Source: Candidatus Omnitrophota bacterium | Lineage (GTDB): Bacteria > Omnitrophota > Gorgyraeia > Duberdicusellales > 4484-171 | DNA length: 64,000 nucleotides | NCBI GenBank assembly: GCA_003154195.1 | Contig: PMCS01000030.1 | Span: forward strand, 123,446 to 187,445 | Direction: 5' to 3' | Shown: positions 9,404 to 18,041 of the stretch, piece by piece | Layout of the letters: each line of letters begins with the position of its first letter | How positions within the stretch are numbered: the stretch's first letter is position 1 | The notes under the pieces: model-generated | The model's input: the letters and a program-made list of their open reading frames with translations, nothing else | Told to the model about the DNA's origin: nothing | Databases searched by the model: none | Translations under genes and position numbers: made by a program

Positions 9404-10846
9404 ATGAACAATAAGTTAATTTTTGAGAAAAGCAGCCCGGGGCGAAAAACCGGCTATTTTCCCGACAGCGGTATTTCTTTAGCGCAGGCGCAAGAGTTGC
9501 TCGGTAAAGATTATGTCCGCCGGGATTTACCGTTACCTTCCCTGGGAGAGCTTGAAGTAGTCAGGCATTATACTAATCTAAGCCGGATGAATTTTTCCGT
9601 GGACAGCAATTTTTATCCTTTAGGTTCCTGCACGATGAAGTATAACCCGAAAATCAATGAAGCGCTTTCTTCTCTGGAGGGGTTTACCAATATCCACCCC
9701 TATCAGAACGAGGATGGTGTCCAGGGGGCTTTAGAGATTATTTATAATCTGGAAGAAATGTTGCGCGAAATTACCGGGATGCGGCGTTTTTCTTTTCAGG
9801 CTTCCAGCGGCGCCCAGGGTGAATTTACCGGGATGTTAATGATAAAAAAGTACCATGAAACGTCGGGAAACAAAAAAACTAAAGTCATCGTTCCTGATTC
9901 GAGCCATGGTACCAACCCCGCTACCGCTTCAATGTGCGGCTACGAAACGGTTGTGGTAAAAAGCACCCGAGACGGCCTTATCGATTTAGATGAGCTGAAA
10001 AAGGTTGTGGACGGCCATACCGCGGGGATTATGCTCACCAATCCCAATACTATCGGTTTGTTTGAGGAAAATATTTTAGAAGTCGGCCGGCTTATTCATG
10101 AGCAAGGCGGCCTCCTATATTATGACGGCGCTAATTTTAACGCTCTTTTGGGCGTTACGAAAACGTCTCTGATGGGTTTTGACGTAGTCCATTTGAATCT
10201 TCATAAAACATTTTCTACGCCTCATGGTTGCGGTGGGCCGGGCGCGGGAGCCGTCGGCGTAACCGAAAAACTCGTTGATTTTTTGCCGGCGCCCGTCGTG
10301 GAAAAAAAAGACGGTACTTTTTATCTTAACCATAAGATAAAAAATTCAATCGGCAGGGTGCGCGGTTTTTATGGAAACTTCACGGTTTTGGTCAGAGCTT
10401 ACGCTTATCTTCTGCGCCTGGGCCGGGAAGGAATCTTGCGCGTTTCGCAAAACGCGGTTTTAAACGCAAGTTACATCAGGGAAAAATTGAAAGATTATTA
10501 CGAACTTGCTTCGACGCTGCCGTGTATGCATGAAGTAGTTTTTTCTTGCGAAAAACAAGCTCAAAAAGGCGCGCGTGTCATGGACATCGCCAAGCGCCTT
10601 ATCGATTACGGTATCCATCCGCCGACAATATACTTTCCTTTAATCGTGAAGGAAGCGTTGATGGTTGAGCCGACCGAAACGGAAAGCAAGGCCACAATCG
10701 ATTATTTTATCGAAGCAATGCTTGAAATAAACAAAGAAATAGATGCTAATCCCGATAGCGTTCGTAACGCACCGCATTCCACCTGCATTAAGCGGCCCGA
10801 TGAAGTTAAAGCGGCCCGCCAGCCTGATTTACGTTATCGTTACTGA
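9404..10846 (+). CDS. gcvPB: glycine dehydrogenase (decarboxylating) subunit 2
   Basis: PLP-lysine region NLHKTFSTPHGCGGPG. 480 aa. Confidence 0.9.
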   Translation: MNNKLIFEKSSPGRKTGYFPDSGISLAQAQELLGKDYVRRDLPLPSLGELEVVRHYTNLSRMNFSVDSNFYPLGSCTMKYNPKINEALSSLEGFTNIHPYQNEDGVQGALEIIYNLEEMLREITGMRRFSFQASSGAQGEFTGMLMIKKYHETSGNKKTKVIVPDSSHGTNPATASMCGYETVVVKSTRDGLIDLDELKKVVDGHTAGIMLTNPNTIGLFEENILEVGRLIHEQGGLLYYDGANFNALLGVTKTSLMGFDVVHLNLHKTFSTPHGCGGPGAGAVGVTEKLVDFLPAPVVEKKDGTFYLNHKIKNSIGRVRGFYGNFTVLVRAYAYLLRLGREGILRVSQNAVLNASYIREKLKDYYELASTLPCMHEVVFSCEKQAQKGARVMDIAKRLIDYGIHPPTIYFPLIVKEALMVEPTETESKATIDYFIEAMLEINKEIDANPDSVRNAPHSTCIKRPDEVKAARQPDLRYRY

Positions 10847-10904
10847 GCATTTTATCTGCGATCATCTGTATCCTCTAATCAGCAATAATCTGTGTTTATA
10901 AAAT

Positions 10905-11723
10905 ATGAACAACCAATGGCGGTTAATTTTAGACGATGACAACAACGGCTATTATAATATGGCGGTCGATGAGGCGCTATTTCTTCGCTATCCCACGCAA
11001 AAAATACCTACCTTGAGAATCTACGGATGGCATCCGGCGTGTGTTTCTTTGGGCTACAACCAGGTTTTCAAAACTGTTCTTAAGAAAAATCATCCCTTTG
11101 ATGTTGTGAGGCGTATTACCGGCGGAGCGTCGATCCTGCATTGTAAAGAGATAACCTATAGCTTGGCGTGCTCCGCAGCCGATTTGGATTTGCCGGTAAA
11201 AGTTAAAGATTCTTACGGTACAATTTGTTCATTTTTGTTGGAATTTTACGCAGCGTTAGGTTTGAAAGCCGGTTTTGCTAAAGATATTTTTAATGATGCC
11301 CTGGTGGGACGATATGGAAATTTTTGTTTTTCTCACCGTGAGCATTACGATTTGGTCGTTGACAATAAAAAAATCGGCGGCAATGCTCAAAGGCGTAACC
11401 GCGATGTGATTTTTCAGCACGGGAGTATTCCTTTAATGATTGATTATGATGCTGTTGAGTCGGTGATTAATGATACTGTAACATTGCGTGAGAAGGCGGC
11501 CTCCTTAGAGGATATGCTGGGGCAGCAAGATATTTTTTTATTGCGGGAGAAGTTGGCGGAAAGCTTCGCAAAAACATTTAAGGTTAAACTCGTCGAGTCG
11601 GTATTAAATTTTTCCGAAGAATTACTTGCCAAAAATCTAATAAAAAATAAGTATCAAACCGACGAGTGGAACTTGTATAAGAATACCACTGAAAAATACG
11701 GTTATCCGCTCTTATCCGCGTAA
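10905..11723 (+). CDS. lipoate-protein ligase / octanoyltransferase family protein (BPL/LPL catalytic domain)
   Basis: The LplA/LipM-like N-terminus MAVDEALF...LRIYGWHPACVSLGYNQ. It lies between the gcv genes and lipA. Confidence 0.75.
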   Translation: MNNQWRLILDDDNNGYYNMAVDEALFLRYPTQKIPTLRIYGWHPACVSLGYNQVFKTVLKKNHPFDVVRRITGGASILHCKEITYSLACSAADLDLPVKVKDSYGTICSFLLEFYAALGLKAGFAKDIFNDALVGRYGNFCFSHREHYDLVVDNKKIGGNAQRRNRDVIFQHGSIPLMIDYDAVESVINDTVTLREKAASLEDMLGQQDIFLLREKLAESFAKTFKVKLVESVLNFSEELLAKNLIKNKYQTDEWNLYKNTTEKYGYPLLSA

Positions 11724-11759
11724 GCGGATGGCGGATATTTTTTTGCGAAGCAACCCCTT

Positions 11760-11990
11760 CGCTTCGCTCAGGGGTAATTCGACTATCCCCTGCGGGGATA
11801 GTTCAACTACAGACATTTGCTTCACCTTCGGCTTGCAAATGTCTAAGTTTCACTACAGCCTCGCTGAACATGAGTACATGTTCACTCGGCTAAGTCTCAA
11901 ACCCCTTCGCTAATGCTTCAGGGGTAATTCGACTACAGCCTCGCTGAACATGAGTACATGTTCACTCGGCTAAGCCTCATTAAAATATGC
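11760..11990. repeat. Two tandem copies of the dispersed repeat family C (GGGGTAATTCGACTAC ... CGGCTAAG(T/C)CTCA)
   Basis: A near-identical roughly 75-bp unit occurs at 11861-11921 and 11924-11988. It is related to the copies at 63690-64000, 17640-17770 and 41705-41790. Confidence 0.5.
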
Positions 11991-12829
11991 ATAAACCTTA
12001 CTGGTTGGATAAAAAAATAAACTTAAGCGACATCCGGCGCACCAAGGAGCTTTTGCGCGGTTTCAAGCTCAGCACGGTTTGCGAAGAGGCGATGTGCCCT
12101 AATCTGGGCGAGTGTTTTCGTAAGGGGGTCGCCACATTTATGATTCTGGGTAATGTTTGCACGCGGCATTGTTCTTTCTGCGCGACTAAAAAAGGTAAAG
12201 GCAAACCGTGGGATATTGACGAGCCGATAAGAATAAAACAGGCGGCTGAAAAATTAAGATTAAGTTACGCGGTAGTTACTTCACCGACTCGCGATGATTT
12301 AGCCGATTATGGCGTGCAAGCTTTCTGCCGGACAGTCGAAGAAATCAAAAAAATAAAACCGGCGACTGCGGTGGAAATTTTAATTCCTGATTTTTGCGCC
12401 CAGGAAAGCGCTTTGAAAAAAATTTCCCGGTGCGGCGCCGATGTGGTGGCGCATAATCTGGAAACCGTACCCTCTTTATATATTAAGGTAAGGCAGGGCG
12501 CCGATTATGGCCGTTCCCTTGAGGTATTGCGCGCGGTTAAAAAAAACAACGCTGAAATAAAAACTAAGTCGGGAATTATGCTTGGGTTAGGGGAGAGGGA
12601 AAAAGAGGTGATGGAGGTGTTCAAGGACCTGGCGGGAGTAAACTGTGACCTTTTGACTTTAGGCCAGTATCTGTCTCCTTCGCGCAGGCATTATCCGGTT
12701 AGGGAATATATAAATCCCGCAAAGTTTATGGAATTTCAAGCGAAAGCTCTATCGTTCGGGTTCAAGAGCGTGCAGAGCTCGCCGTACTCACGTTCCTCGT
12801 ATTTAGCCGGGGAAATGTGCCGGCCATAA
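11987..12829 (+). CDS. lipA: lipoyl synthase
   Basis: Radical SAM motif CTRHCSFC plus the N-terminal cysteine cluster CEEAMCPNLGEC. Confidence 0.9.
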   Translation: MHKPYWLDKKINLSDIRRTKELLRGFKLSTVCEEAMCPNLGECFRKGVATFMILGNVCTRHCSFCATKKGKGKPWDIDEPIRIKQAAEKLRLSYAVVTSPTRDDLADYGVQAFCRTVEEIKKIKPATAVEILIPDFCAQESALKKISRCGADVVAHNLETVPSLYIKVRQGADYGRSLEVLRAVKKNNAEIKTKSGIMLGLGEREKEVMEVFKDLAGVNCDLLTLGQYLSPSRRHYPVREYINPAKFMEFQAKALSFGFKSVQSSPYSRSSYLAGEMCRP

Positions 12830-12946
12830 AATAAACTATTGCGCTAACGTATCTTTAGGCTAGAATAAATTCCCAGGGCAGAACCGAAAAAATGCATCGC
12901 GCCCGTTTAACGTGCGGGCAAATATTATTACGGTTAAGGAGGCTAA

Positions 12947-13222
12947 ATGGCTATAAAAACTATTGAAATAATTTGTACTCCTTGTTTTAAATGTGAAAAC
13001 ATAAAGAGGATGATCGGCGAAGCGGTCAAGGCCATCGAATTACAAAATAAAATAAAAATCGTTTATGATTTTAAACATACCATCCATCTTAGGGATGTGA
13101 ACCGGTATAGCGTTAATGCTTCGCAGGCGCCCGTTGTGATTATTAACGGTAAAGTTGAGCTTACCGGACAACCCTTGCCGGCAGTCCTGAAAAATAAGCT
13201 GGAAGCAATAAATAGATATTAA
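12947..13222 (+). CDS. thioredoxin-fold small redox-active disulfide protein (TIGR00412-like)
   Basis: 91 aa with a CTPC motif near the N-terminus and a VIINGKVE motif. Confidence 0.55.
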   Translation: MAIKTIEIICTPCFKCENIKRMIGEAVKAIELQNKIKIVYDFKHTIHLRDVNRYSVNASQAPVVIINGKVELTGQPLPAVLKNKLEAINRY

Positions 13223-13258
13223 AACAAAGAATTCTCTTCGTTAAAAGTATAGCGTTTA

Positions 13259-13292
13259 CCCCGTTAGAGAACGAAGTCCTCTAACGGGGTTT
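13259..13292 (+). terminator. hairpin (CCCCGTTAGAG ... CTCTAACGGGG) downstream of the thioredoxin-like gene
   Basis: An 11-bp perfect stem with only a short T-tract after it, so any terminator role would be weak. Confidence 0.35.
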
Positions 13293-13435
13293 ACTCCCCA
13301 GAAAATAATTAATTAGTGCTCTCAAAAACCCGAAAAACGCAGAACTTCTTGGAACTACTCACCTTTTCGCTCCCGCAGTCAAATTAACACACCCAATATA
13401 TAGTGGTATCAAAAAAAATATACCATATATAGAAT

Positions 13436-13465
13436 ATTATAACAAATTATAACAGATTATAATTG
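13436..13465 (+). promoter_or_regulatory. three 10-bp phased direct repeats (ATTATAACAA / ATTATAACAG / ATTATAATTG) upstream of the HTH-pilMNOPQ operon
   Basis: Exact 10-bp periodicity in an AT-rich promoter region. An adjacent imperfect inverted repeat (TATATAGTGGTAT / ATACCATATATA) lies at about 13397-13431. Confidence 0.35.
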
Positions 13466-13508
13466 ATTAGTTGAAAGAAATGTATTTAAATATAAACGTA
13501 ACCAATTT

Positions 13509-13706
13509 ATGAAAAAGATGAGAAAACAGAGAATAACACGATTGCTGAGCGTAGATGAGCTTGCCGATTATTTGGGTTTGCAAAAGCAGACTATTTATAA
13601 TTGGTTAAATCAAAAAAAGATTGCCGGGATAAAAATCGGCAAGGTCTGGCGTTTTGAGCGGAAATATATTGATGAATGGCTTACTAAATTGCAGCAGGGG
13701 CAATAA
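13509..13706 (+). CDS. small helix-turn-helix DNA-binding protein (excisionase/MerR-like HTH family)
   Basis: 65 aa. LSVDELADYLGLQKQTIYNWLNQKKIAGIKIGKVWRF is typical of Xis-family HTH_17. Its stop abuts the pilM start. Confidence 0.5.
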   Translation: MKKMRKQRITRLLSVDELADYLGLQKQTIYNWLNQKKIAGIKIGKVWRFERKYIDEWLTKLQQGQ

Positions 13707-15188
13707 ATGGCTAAAAAGAAAATAGGTTTATACATGGGGGTTAATTCTTTAGGCGGCGTTGTTGTGGAAAACCGAAAGCTCATTTCTTCGGTAAAATATG
13801 ATTTATCTTCTCTGGAAGAAGAGACCAAGGTGGAAAATTTAAACGAAGAAGTGAAGTGGGAGGCATTGATCAATAAAACTTTACGCGAGATGAAAGCTGA
13901 GGGGAAAGAGGTCTGCGTTTCCCTGGCCGATAAAGATTTTATTTTCCGGTCATTCGAAATGCCCTTGATGAGTAAACGTGAAATCGAATCGTCGCTCAAT
14001 TATGAAATCGAAAAATATATACCGTTTAAAGTAGAAGAGCTGCTGTGTGATTTCAGCTACGCGGCGTTTCCCCGCGAAAAAAAGATAACTATTTCTTTCG
14101 TGGGCATACGCGAGAGTACGCTCAACCGCAGCAGCGAAATATTCACCCGTTTGGGTTTAGAACCGGTTGTGGTTGAGCCTTCCGCTCTTTCCCTTGTCCG
14201 TATTCTGAAATCGATGAAAGGGTATGCCAACTTAAAGAATTTTGCCCTTTTGGATTTTACCGAGAACGAGGCGTACCTGACTTTTTTTTACTATGACCTC
14301 CCGGTGTTCAACCGTTATTTTGCCATACCCAAGAACGAAAGCGGCATCGACCTTGAGAAATTCATTGAACCGATACGCTTATCTTTCCAATATTTCCAGC
14401 GGGAATTTAAATCTTACGAATTAGATAAATTCATCATTATCGCCGACGCGAATAACGAAAAATTAACGGCGATGCTAAAAGAAGAATTGCAGACCAATAT
14501 CGAGTTGATTACCGCCGTTAATTTTACCGGTAAAGATCCCAGCTATGTGGAAAACCTTAAAGCGCTGGGCATTGCCGACCGGGATAGTTTTAGCTACAAG
14601 TTTAAACCGGTTTTTTTGAAAAGGACGAAAGAACAATTGACCACGGGAAAGGTTATCAAGGATGTTCCTTTACAGCCCGGGTTAATCATTCCGCTGATGG
14701 TTGTGGCTGCGATAATCTATTTTACGGCGGTATTGTTCTGGTCCAATGATATATCCGCCCGGCAACGGCAGATGAAACAGGAAGAAGACGCTTTGGTTAT
14801 ACCCGAATTTTTTAAAAATTTAAACTGGCAAGAAAGAGACGGCGCCTTAAAGAAAAAAGTCGAAGCAAACAACGCCTTGAAGTCTGTGGCAAGGATTTTG
14901 AAGAAAAGCTTTCCTTTTCTGGAGACGATCCCGGCTGTCCTTCCCGAAGGTTTATGGCTGGAAAGTTTTAGTCTAGGCGGCGAGTCAGGAAAATATAAAG
15001 GGACAATCGCCGGTTACGTTTTCCTGGGCGACGGCGACAAGGAAAGGCTCGCCATAAATGATTTTATTTCCAACCTGAAATCACGTAAAGAGATAAAAAG
15101 TATTTTTTCGGATATCAGTTTAGGGGCATCGCAAAAAACGGAATCGAACGGTTTTAATGTTACTTCTTTCAGCATGACACTGGAGTAG
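13707..15188 (+). CDS. type IV pilus assembly protein PilM fused to a PilN-like TM/periplasmic segment
   Basis: Actin-like PilM-type N-terminal ~300 aa, a single TM helix (LIIPLMVVAAIIYFTAVLFW) near aa 320, then a periplasmic segment. It sits directly upstream of the pilOPQ genes. Confidence 0.6.
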   Translation: MAKKKIGLYMGVNSLGGVVVENRKLISSVKYDLSSLEEETKVENLNEEVKWEALINKTLREMKAEGKEVCVSLADKDFIFRSFEMPLMSKREIESSLNYEIEKYIPFKVEELLCDFSYAAFPREKKITISFVGIRESTLNRSSEIFTRLGLEPVVVEPSALSLVRILKSMKGYANLKNFALLDFTENEAYLTFFYYDLPVFNRYFAIPKNESGIDLEKFIEPIRLSFQYFQREFKSYELDKFIIIADANNEKLTAMLKEELQTNIELITAVNFTGKDPSYVENLKALGIADRDSFSYKFKPVFLKRTKEQLTTGKVIKDVPLQPGLIIPLMVVAAIIYFTAVLFWSNDISARQRQMKQEEDALVIPEFFKNLNWQERDGALKKKVEANNALKSVARILKKSFPFLETIPAVLPEGLWLESFSLGGESGKYKGTIAGYVFLGDGDKERLAINDFISNLKSRKEIKSIFSDISLGASQKTESNGFNVTSFSMTLE

Positions 15189-15192
15189 AACA

Positions 15193-15672
15193 ATGGTGCA
15201 ACGATTTAAAAATATCTTGATCATCATCGCGGTTATCGCGGTTACTTTTATTATGATTAAGAATAAGTACGCTGATTATGACGCGCAAAAAAATAATATT
15301 GAATCCGACCGCACGGGTTTAGAAAAGAAAAAATTATTGGCAAAAGTCGGAGATAGCGTAGCGCGGGAATATGATGAAACCATTAAAAATTTCTCCTTTA
15401 AGGACGAGGAGGAGTTTAAAAAATTTGTGGGAGATGAAGCCGGCGAGCATAATGTCGTGGTTGATTCTTTCCGTCCCGCTAAAACCGATAAAGGGGTTTA
15501 TCTGGAGATAAAAATAGAGATTGTTTCGCCGTCGCCATACAAGAATGTGGCGGATTTTGTGAAAGCGCTGGAAGGGCAAAACATAGAGATTTTGAAGCTG
15601 GAAATAAAAAATATTTCCGAAAACGCAAGGCAGGCATTAATTGCGGTACGAGGAATAATTCCCAAGGTGTGA
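15193..15672 (+). CDS. PilO-like pilus assembly protein
   Basis: N-terminal TM helix and a charged coiled region, positioned between pilM/N and pilP. Confidence 0.45.
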   Translation: MVQRFKNILIIIAVIAVTFIMIKNKYADYDAQKNNIESDRTGLEKKKLLAKVGDSVAREYDETIKNFSFKDEEEFKKFVGDEAGEHNVVVDSFRPAKTDKGVYLEIKIEIVSPSPYKNVADFVKALEGQNIEILKLEIKNISENARQALIAVRGIIPKV

Positions 15673-15676
15673 CGCT

Positions 15677-16024
15677 ATGCGGAAAATAATTTTTCTCGCG
15701 GGAGGGATAGTTTACGTGATTTGTTTCAGCTTTCTGGGTTATGCCCAGGAGGCTCGCCGCGACCCTTTCGCGTCGTTACTTCCCAGAAAAACCCCGGTTG
15801 CGGATAATTCGCCACCTTCGGTTGAACGGGTAATAACGCCGCCGACGGTGAATATCCAGGGTTTGCTTTGCGGTACGAATATGCCGATGGCAATCATCGA
15901 TGGCGAGGTTTATAAAGAAGGCGATATCCTGGATAAAAGCGGAGCTAAATTATATAAAATAGAGAAAAATAAAATTTGTATCATTTATCAGGGGAAACCG
16001 TTCGACGTGATTATGGAGCAATGA
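15677..16024 (+). CDS. PilP-like pilus assembly lipoprotein
   Basis: Signal peptide plus the conserved RDPF motif. It is immediately upstream of the secretin. Confidence 0.45.
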   Translation: MRKIIFLAGGIVYVICFSFLGYAQEARRDPFASLLPRKTPVADNSPPSVERVITPPTVNIQGLLCGTNMPMAIIDGEVYKEGDILDKSGAKLYKIEKNKICIIYQGKPFDVIMEQ

Positions 16025-16055
16025 CCGGGGCGCGTAGTTTCAAATTTAAAATAAT

Positions 16056-17645
16056 ATGGTTATTCCTGAGCATACCTTGGGCGGATTGAGGGAGAAAAGA
16101 TTGAGAAAATATATTATTACGGCGATTTGTTTATGCATCGCTTTTTTACCGGAGGCGGGATTGCCGCAAGGGGATGTCGATAATATTTATGGCGATTATG
16201 CCATCGGCAAATCTCCCCAAAAAGTTTCCCTGGATCTTAGGGCCGCGAATCTTAATGATGTGTTAAAGATGCTTTCTCGGCAAACCGGCCTTAATTTTGT
16301 TTCCACGGAAACAGTTAAGGAGAGAGTCTTGACTCTGTATATGGATAATGTTCCCTTAAAAGAGGCGATGGATATAATTTTTAAGGCGAATAATTTAGGC
16401 TATGATTTTTATCCGGAAGCGAAGGTATTCGTGGTCAAGGAGCTGGGCAATCCTGCTATTGAAGTAAAAACCAAAGTTTACTATTTAAAATATATAACCG
16501 TCAATTCTTCGAACGTAAAAAGCGTTATTTCCGCCGGCGGCGAAACGGCAAAGACTCCCGGGGGCGGCGGGGGGCCAGGCGGCGGAGCTTCTTCCAGGGG
16601 CGGGGGCGCAGCGGCCGGCGGTTCGGGCGGCAGCCTTACGGATTCATTGAAGAACATGATGAGCGAATTTGGCAAGATATCGGAAGACCCGTTGACCAAC
16701 TCTTTGATTATTACCGATATCCCTACGCGCTTTCCTTTAATCGAGGAGTTGCTTTCCAAGCTGGATGTGCCTATCCCGCAGGTGATGATTGAAGTGGAGA
16801 TGCTTGATGTTTCCAGGGGGCTTATCGATCAATTAGGATTTAATTTTACCAACGGGTTTATCGCTACTTTTACGCCGGGGGGGTTCAGCACGCCATTCCC
16901 GTTGAAGGCTAAAGATAACTTCAACCTGGTTAATAAATTTTCTCCTATTTCTAATCTTGGCACGCCTGGTGGTCTTTTGAGCAACCTTGACTTCAGCAGT
17001 ATGCAAATGGTTATGCAATTTTTGAATAAAGACACTTCAACACGATTCTTAGCCCGGCCCAGGATATTGACTCTGGTTAATGAAAGCGCGGAAGTGGATT
17101 TAACGATGGATGAAGTAGTGAGCGCGGTGGGTACAAGTTCTCAAGGGACCGGACCAGCGGTAACTACTACTACGATTGAGCGAAAAGAAACCGGCACCAA
17201 GCTGACGGTTACTCCCCAGGTTAATCTGGAGACCGGGGAGGTTATCATGTCGCTGAACGTGAGCAACAAAGAATCGAAGATTTCAACCCTTACAGCAGCG
17301 ACTAAAGACATTGAAACGCGCGGCACAAAATCCATGGTACGCTTAAAAGACGGCGATACTCTTTTAATCGGCGGCCTCATCCGGAAAACCGACGAAGATG
17401 CTGTTACGAAAATTCCTTTTATTTCCGAGATACCGGTTTTGGGCAGGTTATTCCGGTATAAAAACACCAATCATACCGAACGTGAACTTTGCGTTTTCTT
17501 AACTCCGCATATAATAATCCCCTCAGCCGGTTCTTCTCCGGAGATTAAAAAGGAAGTTTTCCCTAAAGAAAGTTTTCAAAGGGAACAGGCCAACTACGCT
17601 AAGCAGGATGCCGTAAGGTCTTCGCTGGATAAATTCTCCCGTTAA
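16056..17645 (+). CDS. pilQ: type IV pilus secretin PilQ
   Basis: C-terminal secretin domain (LLIGGLIRKTDEDAVTKIPFISEIPVLGRLF), secretin-N domains and a Gly-rich linker. Confidence 0.85.
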   Translation: MVIPEHTLGGLREKRLRKYIITAICLCIAFLPEAGLPQGDVDNIYGDYAIGKSPQKVSLDLRAANLNDVLKMLSRQTGLNFVSTETVKERVLTLYMDNVPLKEAMDIIFKANNLGYDFYPEAKVFVVKELGNPAIEVKTKVYYLKYITVNSSNVKSVISAGGETAKTPGGGGGPGGGASSRGGGAAAGGSGGSLTDSLKNMMSEFGKISEDPLTNSLIITDIPTRFPLIEELLSKLDVPIPQVMIEVEMLDVSRGLIDQLGFNFTNGFIATFTPGGFSTPFPLKAKDNFNLVNKFSPISNLGTPGGLLSNLDFSSMQMVMQFLNKDTSTRFLARPRILTLVNESAEVDLTMDEVVSAVGTSSQGTGPAVTTTTIERKETGTKLTVTPQVNLETGEVIMSLNVSNKESKISTLTAATKDIETRGTKSMVRLKDGDTLLIGGLIRKTDEDAVTKIPFISEIPVLGRLFRYKNTNHTERELCVFLTPHIIIPSAGSSPEIKKEVFPKESFQREQANYAKQDAVRSSLDKFSR

Positions 17646-17849
17646 TTCGGCTACTGTCTCAATCTACGCCCCCGCCATCCCATAGATGGCGAGGTCTCGT
17701 CAATTCGTTTAACGAATTGACGGACTTCGGGCTTGATTTCGGTGAAGTCTCATTAAATATTTCCTTGCCCCCCGTAGTATTTCTATTATAATAAAATATA
17801 ACCTGGAATATAATTATAAAGCATAGAGTTCTCTTTTCAGGATATCGGG

Positions 17850-17990
17850 GAATCAGGATGTCAGGATTTGGGGATTGGGAAATCGGGGGATTAGGGAAAT
17901 GCCGAAGAAGCGATAGCTGTCAGCCAAATATCCCAATGCCCTAATTTCCAAATCCCAATTGCCTAATATCCTAATTCCTTTATTATTACA
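17850..17990. repeat. long imperfect palindrome built from GGGATT(A)GGG / CCCTAATCC-type short repeats (family B-like)
   Basis: Left arm GGATTTGGGGATTGGGAAATCGGGGGATTAGGG; right arm CCCAATGCCCTAATTTCCAAATCCCAATTGCCTAATATCC. Confidence 0.45.
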
Positions 17991-18041
17991 CTTGGTTAGC
18001 GCCGAAGGCACGCTAAGCTCAGTTAAAGGGGTTATAAACCA

